A stretch of DNA of 64,000 nt from assembly GCF_009914755.1 (NCBI RefSeq), contig NC_060933.1. One strand, given 5' to 3'. Source of the DNA: the human T2T-CHM13v2.0 reference genome, Homo sapiens. The notes beneath the pieces were generated by a model. That model worked only from the letters and a program-made list of their open reading frames with translations. It did not search any database and was not told the origin of the DNA. The translations under genes and the position numbers were made by a program. Shown in pieces: positions 17,768 through 33,727 of this stretch; the first letter of the stretch is position 1, and the number at the start of each line of letters is the position of its first letter.

Positions 17768-19959
17768 ACACGTAAATAAATGGAACACAACAGAGAGTCT
17801 AGAAATGTACTCACTTTTGTGGCCAAGTAATTTTTGACAAAGGTGCAAAGAAAATTCAATGGAGAAAGGATAGTCTTTTCAAAAAATGGTGCTGGAATGA
17901 TTGGGCATCCACATGCAGGAAAATAAACCTCAACTTATACCTGATGCCTTACATGAAAAATTAACTCAAAAAGAATGTTACCTAAGTATTAAAATTATGA
18001 AACCTTTAGAACAAAGCATAAGAAATAATCTTTATGACCTTGTGTTAGGCAAAGATTCCTTGCATATAACACAGAAGCACTATTTATTCAAGAAAAAAAT
18101 GGATAAATTGCACTTCTTTCAAATTAAAAATGTTTGCTCTGCAAAAGACAGTGTAAAAAAAATGGACAAGCCACAGATTGAGAGAAAATGGTTGCAAATC
18201 ACGTATTTTGACAAAAGTACATAAAAGACTCTTAAGACTCAACAAGAAGAAACAAACAACTGAATTGAACAATGGGCAATTTGAACACTTTACCAAAGAA
18301 GATAAATGCATGGCAAAAAGAACATGAAAAAATACTCAGCATTGTTAGTCATTAGGGAAATGTAGATTTAAAAATCACACTGATTTATTTCTCTGCACAC
18401 CTATTAGGATGGCTAAAAAACAAACACACAAAAAGTGACAATAACAAGAGCTAGCAAGGATGCATGATAACTAAGACTGTTTTTGTTTTTTCAGATTTTT
18501 TTTCTGCAAACACCATGGTGACTTACAGAACTTTACATGCTGATGATGGAAATAAAAAAAAAAATGGCACAACCACAACAGAAAAGTTTAGGAGTTCCCT
18601 AATTTCAGTCCCAGGTATTTACCCAAGAGAAATGAAAAACATGCTCACACAAAAATATGTATGTGGATTTCTGAACATTAAATTATAAAGATGAATAAAT
18701 TTATAGGGACTTTATTCATAATCACTCAAAACTGAAAATATTCCAAATAGCGAATAGATAAATAAACTGGTGAATAGATAAGCAAATTGTGGTATGTCCA
18801 TACAATGGCATACTTTTGAGGAACAAAAAAGGAACAAGCTACTCATACATGCAAATACATGAATTTATCAAATGAATTATGCCAAATGAAAGAAACCAGA
18901 TTTAAAAAGCTATATTCTGTATGATTCCTTTATATGACATTCTGAAAAATTCAGAACTATAGGGATAGAAAACAGATCAGTGATTCCCTGTGGCTGTTCG
19001 TTGGGGGAGGAGATTTTTACTACAATGGGATTTAAGAAAACTTTTGGGGTGACGGATATTGGGGTGATTGGAGCACTTATTATACCAAGGTATGCATTTG
19101 CCAAAAGTTACGGAATTGTGTACTTAAATGGAGTGAATTTCCACCTCATACCTGTTAGGATTCCCACTATCCAACAACAACATCATCATCATCAACAACA
19201 ACAACCACAACAAACCCCGAAAACAGCAAGTGGATATGGAGAAATTGGATCCCTGGTGCACTGTTGGTGGGAACACAGAATGGAGCAGCTGCTATGGAAA
19301 ACAGTATGGAGATTCCTAAAAAATTAAAAATATAATTACCGTATAATCTCATAACCCCACTTCTGGGTAGATATCCAAAAGAATTAAAAGCAGGATCTCG
19401 AAGACATCTTTGCATACTCATGTTCTTTGCAGCATTACTTATAACAACCAAGAGGTGGAAGCAACCTGAATGTCCACGGACTGATGAATGGATGCAGAAA
19501 ATGTGGTATATACATATGATGGACTATTATTCAGCCTTAGAAAGAAAGAAGTCTTGTCACATGCTACAACTTAGATGAACCTTGAGGACATTATACAAAG
19601 TGAAATAAGCTAGTCATAAAAAAGACAAATATTGCAGGATTCTACTTGTATGAGGTAAGTAGAATGGTGGTCGAAGGGGTTAGGGGAGGGGAAATGGGGA
19701 GTTGTTCAATGGATATAGTGTTTCTGTTTTTCGAGACAAAAAAGTTCTAGAGATCTGTTGTACAAGAATGTAAGTATAGTTAACATTACTGGCCTGTACA
19801 GTTAAAACCAGTTAAGATAGTAAGTTTTATGGTATGTATGTTTTCACCACAATTTTCTGAAAAGGTGGTGAATTTTACTGTATATAAATTATATTCCAAC
19901 AAACCTTTTTGAAAAAAATGACCAAAATTCTTGATTTTATTTTAGTTTCACACTTTATA

Positions 19960-20390
19960 ATTCTTCAAATCAAAAGGTGGAGTTTATGTTTCCGCTCCTA
20001 GATGCAGTCTGAGTGATATGAATTGATTTGGCCAACAGAATGTACAGTAGTAATGATATGCTAATCCTAAGCCTAGGCCTCAAGAGAACTTGTCTATTTC
20101 CACTCTATTGGATTTCTGAGCCTGCCACGTTAAGAAGCCAGACTAGCTTGCTGGAAGGTGAGAGAGTTAAAGCTCTGCCATCCTGGTTGCCACACAGGCA
20201 GTCAGCCCATACCTGAAGCTGAACTACCTTAATGGCTGACAATTGACTGTGAACACATGAGGGAGGCCCTCTGAGATCAGGGGAACTGTGCAGGGCAGCC
20301 CGAACTTCTGACCCACAGAGTCACGAGCTACATAAATGATTGTTGTATTACGCTGCTACATTATGTGGTGGTTTGTTAGGTATTGGTAGC
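19960..20390 (+). mobile_element. MLT1-type MaLR LTR relic
   Basis: ttggccaacagaatg...aagcctaggcctcaagag...tctgacccacagagtcacgagc resembles MLT1 LTRs. Confidence 0.55.
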
Positions 20391-20430
20391 TACCAAGAGG
20401 AAGGTTTCATAGATGAGATGACATTTGAAT

Positions 20431-20926
<496 letters not shown>

Positions 20927-21462
20927 TAAGCCATTGAGAGAAGGCATAGGATGATTCGAAATAAAGTACAGAGCTCCTGCCCTAAGAGCTTACAGTCTAT
21001 CTGGAAAGATGCCACCTGTGTCTAGGAAATACCAGGAAAAGAAAAAAAAAAGTATGAGAATTGGTGTTCTCTAGTCTAAAGGGTACAAAAGCAAACAACT
21101 GCTAGAACTTTATTCCTTGTACCACCCTTTGGTATTCAACAGCACAATGCCTGATTTTGTGATTTAACTTTTCCTGTTTTGATGCAGTGCCACCACGCTG
21201 GGATTTTGTAATTATGAGCTTCAAAAGCAGAGACAACATCTTCTATTTCTGTGTCTCTTCCTACGGTGAATAATATAGTCCTTGCCATTTCAATGTTAAC
21301 AAAAGAAAAAGAAAAATGCTGCAATAGCTGAGAGGGTTTAGAGTAAATGGGGTTTGGAGAGGGTCAGGTATTTTCCACAGCCAAACCAGAGTGGATGTTG
21401 TCCCTTTAACTGTGGTGTCCTGGCTGAAGGCCAAAACTTAATTGTTGATGACCCTTCCTTTT

Positions 21463-21757
21463 CTTTTTTTTTTTTTTTTTTGAGATGGAGTCTCACTCCA
21501 TCCCACAGGCTGGAGTGCAATGGTGTGATCTCGGCTCACTGAAACCTCCGCCTCCCAAGTTCAAGCAATTCTCCTGAGCCTCCTGAGTAGCTGGGACTAC
21601 AGGCACATACCACCATGCCTGGCTAATTTTTGTATTTTTAGTAGAGACACGGTTTCACCATGTTGATCAGGCTGGTCTCGAACTCCTGACCTCGTGATCC
21701 GCCCTCCTTGGCCTCCCAAAGTGTTGAGATTATAAGCGTGAGCCACCATGCCTAGCC
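21463..21757 (-). mobile_element. Alu (AluS)
   Basis: Antisense Alu; TSD tgacccttcctttt. Confidence 0.95.
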
Positions 21758-21972
21758 TGACCCTTCCTTTTCTGCTAGCCACTGTTATGTACAGTGGGTT
21801 CACAAAAAAGTTCATTAATGTCCTTAAGAAGTCAGATGGGATGGCTCTGGTGGCTCAGTGCCCACAGACCAGTGAAAGACAGAATGTCCGGGCTGTACTG
21901 TAGGTGGCTGACACCCCATCTTCTTGGTCACCTCCTGGAGGCCACACTTTATGTATCTGGATTCTGTTTCTT

Positions 21973-22698
21973 TTTAAAATTATCCTATTTTATTAATTTA
22001 TTAATTTTAAATTTTTGTAGGTACATAGCAGGTGTGTATATATTTATGGGGTACATGAGATGTTTTGATACAGGTATGCAATGTGAAATAACCACATCAT
22101 GGAGAATGTGGTGGTATCCATCCCTTCGAGCATTTATCCTTTGTGTCATGAGCAATGCAATTACATTATTTTAAAATATACAATGAAGTCATTATTGCCT
22201 ATAGTCACCCCGTTGTGCTATCAAATAGTAGGTGTTATTCATTATTTCTAAGTAGCTTTTTTTGTCCCCATTAACCATCCTCACCACCTCCCCCACCCTC
22301 CCACAACACTTCTCAGTCTCTGGTAACCATCTTCTACTCTCCATCTCCCTGAGTTCAATTGTTTTGATTTTTAGATCCCACAAATAAATGAGAACATGTG
22401 ATGTTTGTCTTTCTGTGTCTGGCTTATTTCACTTAACATAATGACCTCCAGTTCCATCCATGTTGTTGCAAATGACAGGATGTTATTCTTTTTTATGGCC
22501 GAATAGTACTCTGCTGTGTAGATGTTCCACATTTTCTTTATCCATTCATCTATTGATGGACACTTACGTTGCTTCCATATCTTAGGTATTGTAAACAGTG
22601 GTGCAGCAAATATGGGAGTGTAAATGTATTTTTGATGTACTTATTTCCTTTCTTTGGTGTGTATACCCAGCAGTGGGATTGCTGGGTCATATGGTAGC
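21973..22698 (-). mobile_element. 5'-truncated L1MA 3' end
   Basis: L1MA 3' UTR text; exact 16-bp TSD ctggattctgtttctt at 21957-21972 and 22699-22714. Confidence 0.88.
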
Positions 22699-23235
22699 CT
22701 GGATTCTGTTTCTTATTTGCCAGTGGATGTTTTAAAGTATACATCCTATTGCCCTGGGTCAACTTTCTCAAGGACGTCCCCTCAGTCTTCTTCATTTTTA
22801 CATATATGTTCATTATTTCTAAAAGTGTTAAAATTATAGAAAAGTATAAAAAAGAAAATAAAAATTATGTTTTCCAACAACTCAGAAATAGTCACTTTCA
22901 ACGCTTTGATATTTATTTGTTGTATATCTGTGGTGTGTATTTCAGTGTGTATAAATTTCATTCTGTTTAAATTGTGTTTTTTTCCCAATCAACAGTATAC
23001 CATAAACATTTTCACATCTTTTTATGTCAATCTGATTTCACCATAGTATTTGAACACTTGTCTGGAACTTCATTGTATACCATGATTTTTAATAAATAAT
23101 CCATTTTTGTTGACCATTTTGATTATTTCTAGGCTTTGATTATTATCAACTATGCTTCTATAATGTCCTTATACACAAATTTGGGGGCACATATTTGATT
23201 TTGGCTTGGTGTATATCATAAAAATGGATTTTCTG

Positions 23236-23628
<393 letters not shown>

Positions 23629-24093
23629 TTATGTAAGTTATTTTCCACCTCTTTCAGAAAAACCGTTTTGTTATCTATTGATACCTTTGTTAATTAGTCT
23701 CAAAGACTTTTAATGTTGTCTATAGTGTTTTTCATGTATTGAGTGCAAAAAGCAGGAAATAGAAAATGAAGAATCAGCCAAGAGCCTTGTTTGTTTGTTT
23801 AGTTTGGTTTGGTTTTCTTTATGCTTTTACTGTAGGTATGTCTGGAAAAATCAAATTAAATGGAATGAGCTTGACTCATGAGGAGGCCCCTTTCATTTTC
23901 CTGAAGTGAATTAATACAGCACCCACCGATCCTGACATTAGTTATTTCAGAAGCACACTAAGAACTGACCGCACTTCTCAGTGTCACCAAACTATTCTTA
24001 TCTGTCAAAGTTTCATTTCAAATACTTCTGTAAGGTCTAGGTGTACCCTGCTGGTGTTTGTGATGTCCTACATTACTCTTGATCTACTTTTGA

Positions 24094-24567
<474 letters not shown>

Positions 24568-24689
24568 TAGCTTTTTAGTAGAAGCTCTTGGAATTTAAAT
24601 TGAGACTGAATGGAAAGATGAAAGAAAATAAACTTATTAACATTTAATGAGAACCTTCAAAGAACTAGGCATAGTACCAAATGGTTTTA

Positions 24690-24865
24690 TATTTTTAAAC
24701 CTCATTTATTCCTCTCAAAACACCTGGGAAGGAGATATTTTTGCCATTTCACAGCTGTTGAAACTGAGGCTCAAAAAGACTAAGTAACTTTTCTCAGCTA
24801 CACATGTGGCTGAGCCAGTATTTGAACCCAGTTCTGTTTGCAGACAGAACCTGGGCTTTTTCACA
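24690..24865 (-). mobile_element. MIR SINE
   Basis: atttcacagctgttgaaactgaggctcaaa...taagtaactt...tttgaaccca MIR core. Confidence 0.7.
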
Positions 24866-25559
24866 CCTGCAAACTGGAAACATTAATTGGTTCTTAAGAT
24901 CATCATCGATGTGATAAAACCTGGGACAGAAATTAGTCAAGACTAGCTGCATCTGCCTTTTCCTCTGGTGGGTAGGAAAAGGAGGAGTATAATGATTTCC
25001 TCAGGCATGAAGGTCGATGATGAGCAAAGTGTATACTCTCTAATCTAATGTCATAATTCATATTGTGGAGTAATTATCTGGATAAGTGTAGGGTCTCTGA
25101 CCTCATTCTAGATATTGTACATTCCATGGCTATTTTCATTTTGGTCCATGAACTCTCTTTGCTCTCATGAGCACCATTTTTATCCCAATCTAATCCTGTA
25201 TGTTTGTGTTTTTACACAGATTAGTTTTTAAATGTTATATATAATTTGCTTCTGAAACACCATTGCTCAATGACTACCAAATCTTTCTCATTACCAAAAT
25301 CCTTCTATGCCAACTTCTTCAAGAAATTTGATCACCTTTAGATGAATTGTTAATGAAAATTAAAGCTATAGCCAGCAACATGGGTATCTTTGGGCTAATG
25401 GCCAACCAACAGGCCATCTGTGTGAAAGAAAACAGGCTAACAATTTTGGACTCTGGTCTCTTGGGGCTACATTGAGCATTGACCTCACCGGTGCTCACTG
25501 AAATTAATTGCTTTTCAGGTTGTATTTTCTCATCACGGAAACCTTCTTTTCCCAATTCA

Positions 25560-26162
25560 AACCATGTGGGTTAAAATGAGAAAACAAAAGCCAAAACGGC
25601 TTCCCACACCCAAAAGCTCCTTCTGTCAGAGATCCCAGTAGCCCCGGGAGAGCTGTTAGAAGTCTGAGAAGGATTGGTCATCATCGCATACCATACATAG
25701 GTGGAGGGCTTGTTATTCTCAGTTTCCCGCCTATGAGAGGATACCCCTATTGTTTCTGAAAATGCTGACCGGGACCCACACTTCCAACAAAAATTCCTCT
25801 GCCCCTACAGCAGCAGCAAAAGCAGCAGCAGAAGCAACAGCAACAGATAAGTGTTTTGATGAATTGCGAGATGGATAGGGCTTGAGTGCCCCCAGCCCTG
25901 CTGATACCAAATGCCTTTAAGATACAGCCTTTCCCATCCTAATCTACAAAGGAAACAGGAAAAAGGAACTTAAAACTCCCTGTGCTCAGACAGAAATGAG
26001 ACTGTTACAGCCTGCTTCTGTGCTGTTCCTTCTTGCCTCTAACTTGTAAACAAGACGTAGTAGGACGATGCTAATGGAAAGTCACAAACCGCTGGGTTTT
26101 TGAAAGGATCCTTGGGACCTCATGCACATTTGTGGAAACTGGATGGAGAGATTTGGGGAAGC
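25560..26162 (+). promoter_or_regulatory. TEK: TEK proximal promoter / 5' UTR control region (TATA-less, no CpG island)
   Basis: CCACACCC (KLF/SP) 25604-25611; AGATAA 25845-25850; ETS cluster aaaGGAAacaGGAAaaaGGAAc 25948-25969 including a FOX:ETS-type AAACAGGAA; GTAAACA forkhead site 26046-26052; octamer-like ATGCTAAT 26068-26075; directly upstream of the TEK ATG. Confidence 0.85.
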
Positions 26163-26214
26163 ATGGACTCTTTAGCCAGCTTAGTTCTCTGTGGAGTCAG
26201 CTTGCTCCTTTCTG
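25721..26214 (+). other. TEK: TEK exon 1 (5' UTR plus first coding segment); 5' end approximate
   Basis: Sequence from agtttcccgcctatgag onward matches the TEK mRNA leader as recalled; 3' end fixed by the donor TCTG|GTAAGG at 26214/26215; the exact TSS cannot be read from sequence. Confidence 0.8.
26163..26214 (+). CDS. TEK: TEK (TIE2) receptor tyrosine kinase, first coding exon, signal peptide, phase-1 end
   Basis: ATG GAC TCT TTA GCC AGC TTA GTT CTC TGT GGA GTC AGC TTG CTC CTT TCT G = MDSLASLVLCGVSLLLS(G), the recognised TIE2 N-terminus; good Kozak context (agcATGg) and GT donor. Confidence 0.97.
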
Positions 26215-28467
26215 GTAAGGTTTGGCTTTATTTTTTTTAATTTAGTATTTTAAAAAACAGAGTTAGTGATTTCTGGGTGCTCTCCCCAAATCTCATCAGT
26301 GCTGATGAACAAGGGGTGGCTGTAGCAAAGGCACCATTTCTCTGTGAGTCTCCAGTCAATATGTGTGGAAGGATTGAAATGCAAAGGCTCTGTGGCATGA
26401 ACTGATTTTGCTAGTTTGTCTTCTGGGTGATTGGCCCCTGTGTTAGAAACTCTTTGAGGACCGATTAAATCATCTTATTTGAAGAGATCCCCTTACTATC
26501 ATGCATTATTTTCCTGCTCCTCATTCTGGAGTGTTTTTCTTATTGATTTTTTTTTAAAGAACCGGTTTTACCTGCTTTAAAGAAAATCTTCAGTAAAAAA
26601 TGAAATTCATGCTGAGAAATACAGGGGCCCAATTAAGGCAGTGTATAGATTGTCACTGTTAAAAGGGAACAAAGATGCTTTTCTGTAAAAAGATTTTATA
26701 TCTACATCCTATTTTAAGCAAAGCAATGAAATTGTAGGCTTTTTTTTTTTTTTCTTGTAGTTAGGGTCAGGGAGATTGGGGCTATTAGAATTTTTGTTTT
26801 ATTTTAAAAATTGTTTGCCATGTAGTAATTCATAAAGGGTTTACTGGCCCAATGAAACAAAAATTTAGGCAGTTACCAAAATCTTTAACACAGGAGAGTA
26901 TATGAAGCCTGTTGTAGAGTGAAGGAGTGGTTGGCCAGTGTGTTGGGTTCAGTGTGTTTATTGCTTAGATACTCCAGATAGTGGTGTGCCTCTGTAGCTC
27001 ACTCAGCCTATGTGACATAGGTAGAAGGCAGTATCCAAACCTGAACTACAGATCACAAATACATTTATCATTGCCATCAGTCTCTCCCCTTCGGTTTGAA
27101 AACATTCTAATTTTAATAACGAAAATCGAATTGATATTGGAGATGAATTTGGGAAAATTCACTAAACTTCATGGATATAGGGCATATTAATATAATTTGA
27201 TTTGAGTATACATAAGTATCTGCTATATTTTCTAGGTGTTTGAACTATTTTATTAAATATTCAAAAAACAAATCCAATGAAATAACTGAGTTGAATACAA
27301 TTTGTTTTATAGCTCTCAACAACCAATATTTTGAGAATTTAATAATATTCTTTAAGAATGTGTAACACAAGTTGCTAAAAATTAAAAGATTTTAGGTGGC
27401 TTCAGTATTTATGTGGAAATTGTTTAAATAATGTTGACTTCTCCAATAATATGTACTTCAAATAATTATCATGATTCCATTTTTGATTTTTTTTTTCTGA
27501 GTGCCATTATTTACCAGTGACATGAAATCTGGAACTTACTCTATACCAGGGATTATAGTGATGTGAAGCCCAGGTGTCTATAGTTTCTCTGAGGTACTTT
27601 GTAGGTTAATACACACACAACTGTTTTCATTCACTTTTTTTACTCCTAAAGCAACTGTGTTATAGCACTTTGCAATACAGGCTTAGAAGAATTGTCATAA
27701 AATCAAACAAAAAGGTATGTAGCCAAAATAGTTGTTCCATGTCTAGACCTTAGATCCCTGGAAAAAACAGCACTGCCTTTAAAAGGGAGAGGACCAAGGA
27801 GAGGAAGTAGGTCATGTTCTTGTTAGGAAGGGTGACACTAGCAAGGTTAGTTTCTGAGGTAAGTCTGTTGTCTTGATCGTAGCTTGCATTCCTAGTCTAA
27901 GCCTCCATGAGCATGACTGCTCAAAGCTTGATAATTGCAACAAGAATCCAGCTAGATCATGTCCACAGCCATAGGAGCCCGTTCCTCTAGTCAAACTCCT
28001 GGTAGACTATAGCAGTGGAGCAAGGGGCTTATGGCTTAAAGGTTTATCTCTCTAGTCCAGTGGGTTGTTTCTTGTTTCTTTTTTCTGAACCCACAGACTG
28101 AAAAAAAAAAAAGCCACTTTTTTTTAGTGAAGGTGGCTCTGGATGACAGAGTTGTTTACCCATAAGAGGGCTGGAGGGGATGTGTAGCTCTCAGAAGCTC
28201 CTTACAAATACTCCTAGATTCTGTTGCTTTCCTTTTCTGAATTGAGAATCATTGCTAACTTCAGCTTTCAAACAGGTTCTATTATATTAGCTTTTCCCTA
28301 CTCTTCTATCCTCATAAAACCAGGCTGTTCTCTTTAAAAAGCTGTATATGTAGAAAACTAACAAAAAAATCACTGTGATTTATCATAGTATCTTCTACGT
28401 GATCAACAATGATCTAATAGGAAGTCTCTAGTCTCATGCTTTCATACCTCTTTACTGTGTCACTTGA

Positions 28468-28783
<316 letters not shown>

Positions 28784-29878
28784 TAAATAACAACTGGATT
28801 CAGAGATAGCAGACATCTTGTCTGGGGTGGCAGAGGAAACAGTTGTAAGGTCAGGGAAGTGCTCCCAGATGAAACCCCCTTTTTAGGGCTGGTCTCAGAA
28901 GGCTAGTGTCAGGTCTGAGTAATCAAGGGTGGAGGTCTGAAAGCTGGGATCGGAGACACCCTTTGGAATTATTCTCAGAGGGAGGAGCTTGCTTTTTTCA
29001 CAGATGCTCCCTTCCAAGCATTGTCTTTATTGTTTGTTAGGTCTCAGCATTTCCCTTTCAGCCCTGCCCTGGGAGAGCTTCCTGGAAGAGTCTAGTTCTT
29101 CCAAGGCGTCTCTCCAGGAGAGAAGGAGTCTTCTAAGTTCATCTCAAAAGACTATGTGATGTTCTCTGGGGAATTTAGGTGGGTGGGCTCTAAATTCTTC
29201 TGAAATTATCAGTTTGCCTCCTGAGCCTCTATCTCCCCAAAGGATATCTGTGTGATTGTATCACCTGCTTATTCTCTGTAGATGGCTTACTGGTGAGCTC
29301 ACAGAATCAGGATTTAAATAGATTGTTCTAGGCTGGAAGGGTGGAAAACCAAAACAAAAAGATACCATTTCAAAATAGGTAAATGTCTGGTTCTGTGTTT
29401 GGGTTCAAGAAATAAGTTATGTATATTTAATGTGGGAGAGACCTGGTTTGTTGAAAGTTCTTGTGAATGACACCTAGGTTTTGGGGATACACAAAAGTCA
29501 TGGAAGACAACATAGGCTCTGCTTGCTAAAAAGGTACTGCATAAGCTGTCATATGTTGCATTAGCAGAAATATGAAGTCCAAATCAGAAATGGTAATCAC
29601 TTCACTGAAATCTACTGCTAAGAGCACATCCATGAAGCACTGAAGACCTGAGAAATTTAACAGCGAACATAGCAGGCAAACTGAAGGAGGAAACATGGAT
29701 TACAAAGTCAAAGCCCAACTTGGATAACCATAAGCAAGTTATTTAATTTCTCTAAGCCACATTTTTCTCATCTTTTATGGATGAAATACCCATTTTCCAG
29801 GGTTGTGATGAGAATCAAATGTGATAATGCCTGTGAAATGCTTAGCCAGTGAGAACTCTCTTAATAAATGAAGCTTGG

Positions 29879-30178
<300 letters not shown>

Positions 30179-30849
30179 ATGAAGCTAGTATAATCAAAAG
30201 AGAAGTGTTGCTATGAGAACCACTGTGCTAGTCAAGACTGATCTAATCTGCCCCAGGATGTAGGAGAACCACTTAATATTCATAGATGCTGTCTCTTTCT
30301 ACAAAACCTCAGTATAATCCTGTCTCTCAAACTTTGTGCTGGCCAATTCCAACTGAATAAACCCAAACACTTTGCCAACTACCCATCTACCCTCCCCTCA
30401 CTTATCCATTTATCCCTGTTTGTATCTTGTCTGCTTCAACCAGGCCCATCTCCACAATCTACACATTCTTTCCTCTTGGCTCTTGTTCATGCTGTTCCAT
30501 CCATTTAGAAATGGCATCTTTCATCTCTACTCTGCAAACACAATTCAACTCAATTTGCCCAGGCCAACTCTTCCTCCTGATGTTCTTCCCCTAAGTTTAG
30601 GCTCCTTTACCATGCAGATTGTGTCTTTGAGCTTTGGGCAGCCAGATTTAGCCCAATTAGCCTCTAAATCTCTCACAACAGATATTATTTCTTTTCTATT
30701 CTCATTAGTACATGTATTTAATGTTTAGTAATTTCTGTTGAATGGAGTTTTATGGTCACAGTAAGAAAATGTTGGTACTTCACAGCGGAGCTGAAAGGAA
30801 AAGAGAACATTGTAGAAAGGATCTCAGTAACATCGAAATAATAATATTA

Positions 30850-31214
<365 letters not shown>

Positions 31215-31674
31215 TAATCAATTTTATATATCTTGTAAATGATATTCACTCTCATCTTAAAAGTTTAGCTTATATTAAATGTTTGATGTAAGTAAAGTTG
31301 AAAGAAAGTTTCTTCTGTTAGGTGTGAAACATAAAAGATATACTCATAAAAGTGGTTCTAACCAGGGCCATACTTAAGATGAGGTATTGTATGATTGTTG
31401 AATATTACCTATAACATAGTCGTATTTTCTATTCAATAGATATTTATTGAGTTACTGTGTGCCAATCATTCATTCATTCATTCACTCATCTATCCTTTCA
31501 ATAAACAAAGACTTATTGAGGGTTTCCTTTGAGCCATGTACTGTCCTGGAAACTAGGAATATAAATAAGGATAAATAATTTTTTCCCTTTGCTAAGCTCA
31601 CATTTTAGTGGGAAAAATGAATATAGGCGGATGAATTGTAAAATGTTGTGATAAATGATTTAATAGAGATATTA

Positions 31675-32109
<435 letters not shown>

Positions 32110-32853
32110 TTAATTAAATGTCTAAAAACGTGGAATGTCAACTAAAGAAAATGAGTAGTATTTTGAAAACAACTTGTAGGTTGATTTTTCTGTCTTTGCA
32201 AGAACTCCTAAATAGTTGTGAATATTGCCAAAAGTCAGGTCCAGTTATAGTTATAACTTGCTCATAGCCAAATGATTTTGAAACCAAGATGAAAAGGAAA
32301 AGGGAAGAAAGGACATAGAGGGAGCAACCTATATAAAGGGGGTGTGTATAAAATAGCAGGGCAGGCTTAAGGAAGCTGAGTGAAGCTGTAATGTAGGATG
32401 AAGGTAGAGAATTAAAGTTGGGGTCAGATCAAGAAGGGCCTCACAGGCCATTTTAAGTAGGTTGTCCCTCATTCTGTACATGTTGAAATTTAGCAGAGTG
32501 TTTGTTCTATCATGTCATATATCAGATTTATGTCTTGAAAAATTCACTCTAATAATAGTTTTCAGGATGGATTAACATGGTAGAGACCATAGGCTGGGAC
32601 CAAGTTGGCTTCCTAACATTCCAGGCAAGAGGACTGTGAGGATAACAGGGGGCTTGAGAGAGATTTAGGAGGTGAAACTGCAGGAGTTAGTGATTGGTTG
32701 TATATGGAAGGTTGAGAGGGAGGGAGGAGAATAAGTCATTGCTCCAGCATTCTGATTTGGATAATGGTGGTGCCATTCAGTGTGCTGAATGGAGGTGGGC
32801 TGGGATAAGGCAAATAATTATTTTGTTCATGTTGATTTTGAGGCTACATGTAA

Positions 32854-33146
<293 letters not shown>

Positions 33147-33391
33147 ATAAAGGAAGATATTTATCAAAATTTGGCTGCCCACATCTGAAGCTCAGAGGAA
33201 GGGGATTGGGCAAGAGATTGAGATGTAGAAATCTTTGGTATATGGTAAGTGAAGCCACGGGCATGGCTATATTTCAAGATTGAAATGAAGGAACGAGAAA
33301 GAGCAGATACCCAAAAATTTGATGAAGAAGAAACAGGTAAGGAGCTGACAGGAGAAGCAAAACCAATGACATTCCTATCCTGGGACTTTAG

Positions 33392-33727
<336 letters not shown>

